Origin: Candidatus Aminicenantes bacterium
GTDB lineage: Bacteria > Acidobacteriota > Aminicenantia > Aminicenantales > Aminicenantaceae
DNA length: 64,000 nt
Reading direction: 5' to 3'
NCBI GenBank assembly: GCA_046483285.1
Contig: JAWODN010000076.1
Coordinates: 16,369-80,368, forward strand
Positions 52,063 to 60,620 of this stretch are shown here, piece by piece; position 1 is the first letter of the stretch; each line of letters opens with the position of its first letter. The notes under the pieces are model-generated. The model was not told where the DNA came from. It was given only the letters and a program-made list of their open reading frames with translations, and searched no databases. The translations under genes were made by a program, and so were the position numbers.

Positions 52063-54288
52063 ATGGTTAAAGGAAGCGAACACACAAAAATCACTAAAGA
52101 CGACATGAATTTCGTCATTGACGAATTGTCGAAAAATCACAAAGCTCCTTCTCTGCAGGAATTGATAAAGAAAGTCGCCTTCAAAAAGAATGCGAATCAA
52201 TTGAACCAAGAAGTTAAGATATATGATTCCGCCTGCAAATATGAAGTGGGAGATCTGATCTGCAAGCAATACGACGAATCTCTTATGGTCAGCAGCAAGG
52301 GAAGCGAGCCGTTCAAGGGAAAAATCGTCCTGGAAGTTACGAACAAGATCCCGTTTGACAGTTTCAACTGTGAAATGCTCGAAGTGGACTACACGGGTGG
52401 TGGAACTTTCCGCAGACACATTGATTATATGAAAAAAACCAAAACCCAGGTTATGCTCCCGTCTGCGGCGAATGGAAAAGAGGCTGAACCGGAAATCCTT
52501 CCCCGGGAAGAGGACCCCCGCTTGCATGAATTATCCATGACCGATAAGGACCTGCGTCAGCTGGGAAAAAATCTTGAAGCGGCTCTTTCGAAATCCGGCA
52601 AGTTTTTTTCTTGGAACCACCACTGGCAGCTGACTGAAAAACAGGTTGAAGTAAGCAAAAAAACTATTGATAAAATTGAAACCGGCTTCAAGAAAAGCCG
52701 AAAGTCCGCTTCAACTGAGGAATTAGCGGCCGCTCATCTTAATGTTCAGCCGGGAGACGACCGGATGGACTTATCTTGTTTAAGTCTCAATTATGTTTTA
52801 AGCCGTTCCCGGAAACGCAATTTTTTGTTCGTCTCCCCTGAAGGATGGGGCCGGTGGTTTCTTCGCGATATTCTTCAATCCTTTTTAAAAAACAATCCTT
52901 TGTCGGCACCAAAAATTGCGGTTCCGGAGCTGAAAGACAAGGCTCTCCACAAAGCCCCGGACAAAAAGTTTCCTCTCAAGGTCTATCTTTCTTGGAGAGA
53001 AATTCTCGGCGGCGGAGTCATTGTTCCGGAGGAATTCAAAAGAGAGCTTTCCGCCGCCCGCGAATTCCGTTTTTTTGATGTCGAGAATAAAAAAGAATAC
53101 ACCGTTTATTATTATCCCGATAACCATATCTTTTTGGGATTGGATGAATATTACCAGGAATACAATGTTCCTCAGGGAGCCAGCATCACTTTGGCTAAAG
53201 AAGGCATCAACCGTTTTCGATTTTGGCTGAAAAAATCTAAAAAGAAAGTGATCCTTCCGGTGCTGAAGTATGATCCTGAAAACGACCGCTTCGCCGAAAC
53301 CGGAAAAGAAATAACCACTTATCTTCATCCCAATAAAATTATCTTTTTGGCTCATGGAACTCTAAAAAAAGTTCTTTCCTTATATCCCCAGCGGAAGGGA
53401 AAGGACCTCCGCGAACTGCTGGTCTTGATTTTCCGTCATTTTGGACTGGAAGGCGAAGCCTTGACTCTGCATTATCTGAGAGCGTTCCATCTGGCCACCA
53501 TGCTCGCAAACACCACCACCGGAGACGTCAGCGAGACTTTACAGTCATCCCCGGAATTCATCCCCTCGGAAAAGAAAAAAGGTCTGTTTCTGTATCATGA
53601 CAAATTAAAAAGAAAAGCCCAGCTCAAAAAAGAAACTGAAGCGGAAATGGAAGAAAAAGAAGAGGCCTGGGAAAAAGATGAGGAAAAAGAAGACACTGAA
53701 GAGGGGCTCCCGGAAATCGGAACGGTAGGCGAAGTCGTTTCTCCAGAAATTATCCTTGAAGAGAAAAAAGAAATCGAGCTTCCCGAAGAAGAGGGAGAAC
53801 GGGCTGTTCCTTCTGGAAAAACCGTTCCCGCCGAAGTTGCGGTTCCTGAACCTGAAGCCGAACTCGAGGATGAAGCCGAACTGGACGCGGCGGTGGAGGA
53901 AAAAGAAAAACCGGATGAAAAAGAAAGCATCAAAAAGAAAATTGAGCTTGAAAAAAAGCCCCGGCGCCAGAAAGGCGGAAAACGTTATATTGAAGAACGC
54001 ATTGAACAGGAAGAATCCGAATGGGAAGCTTTTTATGCCCTCAAAGCCGGAGAAGAATTCGAAGATGATAAAATGGAAGAGCTTCCGGGAGCAAAAAAGC
54101 AAGAAAAAGAGAAACCTTACGGTGAGCCTGCGGAAGAGGAGAAGTCTTCATCCGGGCTGTTCGCAGAAAAGCTGAAATCCGCTTTAGGGCAAAAAGAAGA
54201 AAAACCCGGTCCCGGAAAGAAAAAATCCAAACAAAAAAAGTCCTCCCCCAAAAAAGCGTCCGGAGATGATTCCAATAAGGCAGAATAG
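52063..54288 (+). CDS. Hypothetical 741-aa protein with a long K/E-rich acidic C-terminal tail
   Basis: The ORF track starts at 51829, inside the previous gene. ATG 52063 lies 2 nt after that gene's stop. The last ~220 aa are low-complexity E/K/P. Confidence 0.6.
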   Translation: MVKGSEHTKITKDDMNFVIDELSKNHKAPSLQELIKKVAFKKNANQLNQEVKIYDSACKYEVGDLICKQYDESLMVSSKGSEPFKGKIVLEVTNKIPFDSFNCEMLEVDYTGGGTFRRHIDYMKKTKTQVMLPSAANGKEAEPEILPREEDPRLHELSMTDKDLRQLGKNLEAALSKSGKFFSWNHHWQLTEKQVEVSKKTIDKIETGFKKSRKSASTEELAAAHLNVQPGDDRMDLSCLSLNYVLSRSRKRNFLFVSPEGWGRWFLRDILQSFLKNNPLSAPKIAVPELKDKALHKAPDKKFPLKVYLSWREILGGGVIVPEEFKRELSAAREFRFFDVENKKEYTVYYYPDNHIFLGLDEYYQEYNVPQGASITLAKEGINRFRFWLKKSKKKVILPVLKYDPENDRFAETGKEITTYLHPNKIIFLAHGTLKKVLSLYPQRKGKDLRELLVLIFRHFGLEGEALTLHYLRAFHLATMLANTTTGDVSETLQSSPEFIPSEKKKGLFLYHDKLKRKAQLKKETEAEMEEKEEAWEKDEEKEDTEEGLPEIGTVGEVVSPEIILEEKKEIELPEEEGERAVPSGKTVPAEVAVPEPEAELEDEAELDAAVEEKEKPDEKESIKKKIELEKKPRRQKGGKRYIEERIEQEESEWEAFYALKAGEEFEDDKMEELPGAKKQEKEKPYGEPAEEEKSSSGLFAEKLKSALGQKEEKPGPGKKKSKQKKSSPKKASGDDSNKAE

Positions 54289-54322
54289 ATCAGATTAGGG
54301 ATAAAGTCTTGTCATCCCCCGG

Positions 54323-55117
54323 CTATAATATGATGCGCGTCGAGCCTTCCTTGCGGGTCACTCCCATTTGATCCAGCAATTCCAGGAGGGGAATCACGAA
54401 TTTTCTGGATAATCCGGTCAGTTTTTTAAATTCCGCAACCGTCAGGGTTTTCTTGCCCGGTATCTTAAGGGAAGTGATGATATCCTCCAGCCACCGGGAA
54501 TGAAAAAGAATCCCTTCTTTACCGTCGATCACTTTTTTCTTCTCCAATAACATCTCCAGAAAACGGTTGAATGTTTCGGCCGACACTTCAAAATGCTGCT
54601 GAAGTTCCGTTATGCTTTTCCGCCGGAATTCTCCTTCCGCGCACATGGTTTCCAACTCGGAAAGCAAATTTTTCTGCCGCTGGGTCAGTTCCGGTTCCAC
54701 CCTGACGGCTGTTAAGAGGCTTTTATCACTCCGAATTCTGCCTGAACGGATCATTCTCCGGAGAACCAATTCGATAAGCCGGTGCGGCAAGCAGAAATCC
54801 CGGAAAACTTGTTCTTTTCTTATCCCGCCGGTCCCGAAGTCCCGCTCCTGTGCGTTCTTTATGAAAGAAAACAGGCTGTCTTCAATCTCCTCCAACGCCT
54901 TTTTATCCATCACCACCAACGGAGAGTAAACCAGAATGCGCAAACGGCCTTCCGCTTCCAAGTGTTGACAGACATCACAGACGGAAACCAAGGAAATTCC
55001 CATGGTATCCTGAATTTCTTTTCCGGTTAATCCCAACCGGCCTTTCTCGCGGACACGTCTCAGAATATTTTCCTTTATATCCGTATATTTTTCGGCCATG
55101 GTCATCGACATCCCCAT
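54323..55117 (-). CDS. Stand-alone SelB C-terminal-like protein (tandem winged helices, no GTPase)
   Basis: 264 aa ending 'LTVAEFKKLTGLSRKFVIPLLELLDQMGVTRKEGSTRIIL', which matches the SelB last winged helix. A preceding 'ILFHSRWLEDI' block and an N-terminal WH ('GLTGKEIQDTMGISLVSVCDVCQHLEAEGRL') are also present. Confidence 0.7.
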   Translation of the reverse strand: MGMSMTMAEKYTDIKENILRRVREKGRLGLTGKEIQDTMGISLVSVCDVCQHLEAEGRLRILVYSPLVVMDKKALEEIEDSLFSFIKNAQERDFGTGGIRKEQVFRDFCLPHRLIELVLRRMIRSGRIRSDKSLLTAVRVEPELTQRQKNLLSELETMCAEGEFRRKSITELQQHFEVSAETFNRFLEMLLEKKKVIDGKEGILFHSRWLEDIITSLKIPGKKTLTVAEFKKLTGLSRKFVIPLLELLDQMGVTRKEGSTRIIL

Positions 55118-55124
55118 TCATTCA

Positions 55125-57203
55125 TCATACAGACTGATTCGCCGGTTTCAAACTCATGCGGGCCAATTCGGGATTAACCGAAAGCAGGATGACTTCCAAT
55201 CGATCCCCCAGCTCAAATGTTTTTCCGGTACGGCGTCCCCTCAGGGTTTTTTCACTCTTGCGAAAATAGTAATCATGGTCAAGATCCTGATACTGAATGA
55301 TTCCTGATACAAAATAGTCATCCAACTCAACCACCAGCCCGGATCCGGTAATATCAACAATAAATCCGGCCAGCGTATCTCCGACCTTTGATTTGAGCAA
55401 GCGGTATATCCTCCAATTGATCAATTCTTTTTCCGCTTCATCCGCCCGTCTCTCTGTCTCTGAACATTGCGCCGCGGTTTCCGTCAGGCCGTTGTCTTTG
55501 CTTTTTTTGTCTTGAAGAACGAATTTCAGAATCCTGTGGACGACAAGATCCGAGTACCGGCGTATCGGAGAGGTGAAATGGGTGTAATGACTTTTTCCCA
55601 ATCCGTAATGTCCTTTGTTTTCCACGGAATAGATGGCCAGCCGAAGGCTTCTCAGCACCTGGATGGTGATAAACTTTTCTTCTTCCCGGCCTTCAAAATG
55701 GTCCATAACACGTTGAAGATCGCGGCGGGTTATGGCATCGGGAGGGGGAAGCGAAATTCCAAAATGCTTCAGAATTTCCCTGAGTTTATTCAAATCATTC
55801 GGATCCGGCGAGGGATGAATCCGGTAAATAAACGGCTGCCGGCTGCCGTCTAAATATTCAGCCACCGTTTGATTGGCTGCCAGCATAAATTCTTCAATCA
55901 ATTGATGGGCCTCATTCTGAAAAAAAGGCACCACCTTGTGCAGAGCCCCCTTTCGATAAATCAACTCGGGCTGGGGATGATCGAAATCCATGCTGCCGGA
56001 AGACATTCGATTTTGCCGCAGCCGGGAGGCCAATTCACGCATGTCCAGCAAATCGGAAACCAAAGAAGAATAATTCCGCCGTTCTTTTTTATCTCCTTGG
56101 AATATTTTATAAACCGATGAATACGTCATCCTGGCCGCCGTTTGAATAATTGAAGGAAAAAATTCCCGGCTCTGCAGGCGCCCCTCTCTGTCAAATTCCA
56201 TCATCACCGACATGGTTAATTTTTCCTCTTCCGGTCTCAGGCTGCATATCTCATTGGAAAGCTTCTCCTGGAGCATCGGTATCACGGCATCCGGGAAATA
56301 GACGCTGGTGCCTCGGTCAAAAGCTTGCCTGTCCAACGGGGTCCCCGGCCGCACATAATGGGAAACATCCGCAATATGAACTCCCAGCGAAAAACCGCCG
56401 TTTTTACGGCGCTTTATACTGACCGCATCATCAAAATCGCGCGCGCTTTCTCCGTCAATGGTCATGGTGTCCCAATTGCGCAAATCACGGCGGCCGTACC
56501 TTTCTTTTTCTTGGATGGTTCCGGGAATGGAATGGACTTGATCATAAACGTCTTCCGGGAAATCCCGGGGAAGCCCATGCTTCCGGATTATGACTTCACT
56601 GTCAACCCCGGGGTCGTCGGGAAAACCGAGCACCTCAGTGATCCGCTGACGCTCCCGGTCCACTTCAACGATCATTCCGGGATTCAGTTCCTTTCCGCCT
56701 GTTTCGACAGGGAGTTCTTCCAGAGAGGGACTCTCAAACGGAAGATAAGATGAGCGTCCCTTGAATTCCTTATATATTCCCAATACGGTTTTTTTCCGTT
56801 TCTTGACAATCCTGATGATCCGCCCTTCCGGTTTTTCTCCCTTTTTTAAATAAACAACCTCAACCACATCTCCCTGAATCGCGCCTCCGGAAAAACGTCC
56901 GGGAATAAAGATGTCCCGAAGACCGGTTTTTTTGGGTTTGACAAATCCGAATCCTTTAAGAACAGTGATTAATTCACCGCGGATGGTGCGCTTATCCCCT
57001 TGCAACACAAACTTTTTTTTGTTTTGCGAAATGATGCCTTTTTTAAGAAGTTCCCTCAAACTTTTTTTCAGTTCGGCTTTTTCTTTCGGGCGCACATGCA
57101 GTTTGGCCGCTAATTTGGCGTAGCTCAATCCTTCCCGGTGCTTTTGCAGCAGATGCAGTATGTGGTCAATCATGATTTTTCTCTTTCTTGGTGTATTATA
57201 CAC
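55125..57203 (-). CDS. rnr: Ribonuclease R
   Basis: 692 aa. N-terminal HTH/cold-shock-like domains, RNB motifs ('DFDDAVS', 'HYGL..YTHFTSPIRRY') and a C-terminal S1 domain. An alternative start at ATG 57173 ('MIDHILHLL') is possible. Confidence 0.9.
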   Translation of the reverse strand: MYNTPRKRKIMIDHILHLLQKHREGLSYAKLAAKLHVRPKEKAELKKSLRELLKKGIISQNKKKFVLQGDKRTIRGELITVLKGFGFVKPKKTGLRDIFIPGRFSGGAIQGDVVEVVYLKKGEKPEGRIIRIVKKRKKTVLGIYKEFKGRSSYLPFESPSLEELPVETGGKELNPGMIVEVDRERQRITEVLGFPDDPGVDSEVIIRKHGLPRDFPEDVYDQVHSIPGTIQEKERYGRRDLRNWDTMTIDGESARDFDDAVSIKRRKNGGFSLGVHIADVSHYVRPGTPLDRQAFDRGTSVYFPDAVIPMLQEKLSNEICSLRPEEEKLTMSVMMEFDREGRLQSREFFPSIIQTAARMTYSSVYKIFQGDKKERRNYSSLVSDLLDMRELASRLRQNRMSSGSMDFDHPQPELIYRKGALHKVVPFFQNEAHQLIEEFMLAANQTVAEYLDGSRQPFIYRIHPSPDPNDLNKLREILKHFGISLPPPDAITRRDLQRVMDHFEGREEEKFITIQVLRSLRLAIYSVENKGHYGLGKSHYTHFTSPIRRYSDLVVHRILKFVLQDKKSKDNGLTETAAQCSETERRADEAEKELINWRIYRLLKSKVGDTLAGFIVDITGSGLVVELDDYFVSGIIQYQDLDHDYYFRKSEKTLRGRRTGKTFELGDRLEVILLSVNPELARMSLKPANQSV

Positions 57204-57219
57204 ATGATGGATTACTTAG

Positions 57220-57370
57220 CCTGAATTATTCATAAAAAAATTGCGATGTTTTTGCAATCCCTTTTTTATCAGAGATTAACATGATTTTTATTGAAAGTTC
57301 AAATAGAAAGTTTTTCATTTTCATATTTTTATTTTAATCGCAATTTTTTTACCCTTCGGGCGGGCCGACT
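57220..57370 (+). repeat. Repeat family A, copy A2
   Basis: 'cctgaattattcat-aaaaaaattgcgat..atcgcaattttttt-acccttcgggcgggccg'. Arms at 57234-57247 and 57337-57350 are perfect complements. Confidence 0.8.
57229..57257 (-). promoter_or_regulatory. Predicted promoter inside A2, firing into rnr
   Basis: On the minus strand: TTGCAA (57257-57252), 17 nt, TATGAA (57234-57229). A second TATAAT lies at 57200-57195. Confidence 0.4.
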
Positions 57371-57700
57371 CTCACCGCATCTGCTTTGTTGCAGGGCATT
57401 CGCAGTGAAGTGACGACCTTTCATTTATTTAATGTCATCCTGAGCGGAGCGAAGGATCCCGGACTGCTTCGAATTGGCAATTCATTGTCCATACGGCCTG
57501 GCGAAAGCACTCACAGATCCCTCGTCGCTCCGCTCCTCGGGACGACATTGAATTAAAGAATTGTCGTCGTCTGCGGCAATCTCGACCCGTGAATAATTCA
57601 GGCTAAGCGATTCATCCATATTACAGGCAGGTCAGCCCGCTTGTCTCGTCTTTATTGCTTTTCCCGCTTTAAGCTTTTCTCGCTTGTATTTTTCAGCCGG
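57371..57700. repeat. GC-rich mosaic (modules B, E+, E-, hairpin, B tail, C-like)
   Basis: 'gtcatcctgagcggagcgaaggatc' (57434-57458) faces inverted 'gatccctcgtcgctccgctcctcgggacgac' (57516-57546). Hairpin 'gacgaca..tgtcgtc' is at 57541-57568. 'ctgcggcaatctcgacccgtgaata' ends at 57594. Confidence 0.65.
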
Positions 57701-57710
57701 ACAAACCAGA

Positions 57711-59435
57711 TTAATTCGGGGCGATCCAGAAAGGCATCAGCGCCCAGCCGAACTCATGTTCCAGTTTTTGGAAAAGGGAGTAAATTTCGCCGGCGGGACC
57801 GGGGATTTTGTGAAGAAAGCCGTTTCCGGCCATAAACCGGCCGCTCATAAGAGCGTCCCAGAGAGAAATCTTCCTCGGCCACACCTGCAGCCTCACCTCT
57901 TCTTCCAGGGGGATTCCGGCTTTTTCTTTTGCAATTTGGATGGCTTGGGAAAGCCCTCCCAATTCATCCGCCAGACCTAATTCCACAGCCTGGGCGCCGG
58001 TCCATACCCGCCCCTGACCCAGATCGTCCACTTTTTCCTTGCTCATGTTCCGCCCGGCGGCGACTTTAGTTATGAAGTGCTGGTAGACTTGCCGGATATG
58101 CTGATCTAAAAGCTCACGCTCTTCCTGTGTCGCCGAACGGAAGGTGGTGAACATGTCGGCCCGGTCGCCGTACTGGATTTTTTCGGCGGTGATGCCCAGT
58201 TTCCGGTACAGGCCGGCGAAATTGAACTTGGCGAAAATGACCCCGATGGATCCGGTCAGGGTTTGGGGATGGGCCACAATGGAATGGGCCGCCATGGAAA
58301 CCTGGTATCCTCCGGAGCCGGCCAGATCCGACATGGAAACGATGACTGGTTTCTTTTTTTTCGCCAAAGAGACCTCCCGCCAAATTGTATCAGAGGCCAC
58401 CACCGAACCGCCCGGGCTGTCGACCCGGAAGACAATTGCGGCGATGGAGTCATCATCCTTGGCTTTTCGGATCCATTCGGAAACTGTGCGGCTGCCCATA
58501 ACCGAATAGGCGCCTTTTCCCGTGACGATGGGGCCGGTGCCGTATATCAACGCGATTTTTCGGCCTCTATTGAGGCCCAGGGACGAAGGAGAAATTTTCA
58601 CATATTCGGCATGGCTGATCCGGTTGAATTTTTTATTTTCTCCCTTGAGAAGTTCCCGGAATTCATCTTCGTACAACAGGCCGTCAATCAGACTCGATTC
58701 TTGGGCGGCATTTCCTTGAAAGACACCCTGGTTAAGAAGATTTCGGATGTGTTCAGAAGGCTTTCCGCGGGCCTGGGCCGCGACGTCTACATAATGATCA
58801 TAGATGTTCTTGTAGATGGAATCCAGCATTTCCCGGTGCGCGGATGTGAATTCATCTTCGATGAACATGTTGTAAGCGGTTTTATACTCGCCGATTTTTT
58901 CCACTTCGGCTTCAATCCCCAGGTTTTTCAGGGCTTGCTTGAAGAAAGGCACGTACCCGCCGATTCCATTAACGATCAACATGCCTTCGGGATGAAGAAT
59001 GATCTGATCGCATGCGGTGGCCAGGTAATATTCCTTGTCGAAATCAAAAGATTCATCGATATAGGCAAAGGCTTTCTTGCCGGAGCGGCGGAAATCTAAA
59101 ATCAAATTCCGGATCTCATCGGCTTTGGCCCAGTCACACTGCATCAATCCCAGCCGCAGGATGACTCCCTTGATCCGGGTGTCTTTTTTGGCCTTGCGGA
59201 GATTCCACCAGATGTCGTGCATTGACAAGGGAAGGCGCTCTGTCATGAAGGAAAAAATATTAGGGGCTGCTCTTTCATGGATTTCGCCTGAAAGAGGGAT
59301 TTCCAGATAGGAATCGGATTGGACGCTGGGGGCCGTTCGGAATTGATAAAACAATAGGGATATGACGGCGATGCTGATGATGACGATAAAAATGAGAATG
59401 ATAATCCAAACATATGTGCTTCGTTTCATCTTCAT
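57711..59435 (-). CDS. sppA: Signal peptide peptidase SppA, 67K type (tandem S49 domains)
   Basis: 574 aa. N-terminal TM helix, then two ClpP/crotonase-like halves, the second with 'MSDLAGSGGYQVS'. Confidence 0.9.
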   Translation of the reverse strand: MKMKRSTYVWIIILIFIVIISIAVISLLFYQFRTAPSVQSDSYLEIPLSGEIHERAAPNIFSFMTERLPLSMHDIWWNLRKAKKDTRIKGVILRLGLMQCDWAKADEIRNLILDFRRSGKKAFAYIDESFDFDKEYYLATACDQIILHPEGMLIVNGIGGYVPFFKQALKNLGIEAEVEKIGEYKTAYNMFIEDEFTSAHREMLDSIYKNIYDHYVDVAAQARGKPSEHIRNLLNQGVFQGNAAQESSLIDGLLYEDEFRELLKGENKKFNRISHAEYVKISPSSLGLNRGRKIALIYGTGPIVTGKGAYSVMGSRTVSEWIRKAKDDDSIAAIVFRVDSPGGSVVASDTIWREVSLAKKKKPVIVSMSDLAGSGGYQVSMAAHSIVAHPQTLTGSIGVIFAKFNFAGLYRKLGITAEKIQYGDRADMFTTFRSATQEERELLDQHIRQVYQHFITKVAAGRNMSKEKVDDLGQGRVWTGAQAVELGLADELGGLSQAIQIAKEKAGIPLEEEVRLQVWPRKISLWDALMSGRFMAGNGFLHKIPGPAGEIYSLFQKLEHEFGWALMPFWIAPN

Positions 59436-59558
59436 GTCTCCAAAAAAGTTTTGACCATCATTTCGGCCGGGTTCGTCTCTTTATAGTAAGAGATGAGCGG
59501 GGGATGAGTAAAGAAAAATATTCAGGTCCGTCCAGTCCGTGCCGCCCTTGGCGCTGGT

Positions 59559-59587
59559 TTGAATATGGGTTCCACTTGAGTTATTAT
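59559..59587 (+). promoter_or_regulatory. Predicted promoter for the ABC-2 exporter genes
   Basis: TTGAAT (59559-59564), 17 nt, TATTAT (59582-59587). Confidence 0.4.
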
Positions 59588-59717
59588 TTATCCGCAGGCC
59601 GGGTGTTGCGGCGATACGGGATTCAGGTGCGGCTGAAGCGGCCCGGAAGATTCAGCCTTTCAACCTGGATGATGTGCGGGCCTGGATAAGTGAAAATTGA
59701 AGGGAAAGGATACGAGC

Positions 59718-60620
59718 ATGAATGCTCTGGTTGTGGACCATGTCACCAAGAGTTTTGGAAAATTCAAAGCCGTTGATGATCTGTCTTTCACCATCCCCAA
59801 AGGGAGTGTTTACGGAATGCTGGGACCCAACGGGGCCGGAAAAACCACCACCATTCGTATGGTGATGAATATTATTATTCCGGATGAAGGTTCAATCATT
59901 GTGCTGGATAAGAAAATGGATGAATCCATGAAAGAAGCGGTGGGATATCTGCCTGAAGACCGGGGCCTTTACCCTAAGATGAAGATAGGAGAGCTGCTGT
60001 ATTTTCTGGCTGAACTGAAGGGTGTCACCAGGGATAAGGCCCGGGAAAATATCCACATGTGGCTGGAGCGTTTTGATTTGACCGGATGGAAGGATAAAAA
60101 AGTCGAAGAATTGTCCAAGGGGATGCAGCAAAAAGTGCAGTTCATCGCCACGTTGGTCCATCAGCCGGATATCATTATCCTGGACGAACCCTTCGGAGGA
60201 ATGGATCCCGTCAATACCAAGCTCATGAAAGACATCATGCTGGAGATGAAAGCCCAAGGTGTGACCATTATTTTTTCCACCCACAGGATGGAGCAGGTGG
60301 AGATGATCTGCGACAACATCTGTCTGATCAATAAAGGCCGCCGGGTATTGGAGGGGAATCTCGCCCGGATAAAAAACCGGTACGGAAAAAACACCGTGGT
60401 CCTCGGATACGAAGGCGATGCGGGGTTCATAAGGAATATCCCCGCGGTTGAAAATATCGATGATTATGGGAAATTCATGGAAATCAAGCTTAAAGAAGGG
60501 AGCGATCCTCAAGAATTACTAAAGACGGCGGCAGAAAGAATCAGAGTCAATAGATTTGAAATCAAGGAACCCACACTGAACGCCATTTTTATTGAAAAAA
60601 CGGGGGAAAGAAATGCGTAA
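59718..60620 (+). CDS. ABC transporter ATP-binding protein (ABC-2/NatA-like)
   Basis: 'GMLGPNGAGKTTT', 'LSKGMQQKV' and 'IIILDEPFGGMD'. ATG 59718 is preferred over TTG 59697. Confidence 0.9.
   Translation: MNALVVDHVTKSFGKFKAVDDLSFTIPKGSVYGMLGPNGAGKTTTIRMVMNIIIPDEGSIIVLDKKMDESMKEAVGYLPEDRGLYPKMKIGELLYFLAELKGVTRDKARENIHMWLERFDLTGWKDKKVEELSKGMQQKVQFIATLVHQPDIIILDEPFGGMDPVNTKLMKDIMLEMKAQGVTIIFSTHRMEQVEMICDNICLINKGRRVLEGNLARIKNRYGKNTVVLGYEGDAGFIRNIPAVENIDDYGKFMEIKLKEGSDPQELLKTAAERIRVNRFEIKEPTLNAIFIEKTGERNA

Noticed and set aside
54323-57203. A selenoprotein/SECIS element near the SelB-like gene (in-frame TGA read-through).
   Set aside because: All neighbouring ORFs are complete without needing TGA recoding. 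I saw no selA, selD or tRNA-Sec in the window.
57195-57203. An extended -10 (TGnTATAAT) promoter upstream of rnr, and at 6275-6282.
   Set aside because: On recount the TG dinucleotides sit at -16/-15 and -14/-13 (..TGTG-TATAAT), not at -15/-14. Only a plain TATAAT with a poor -35 can be claimed.
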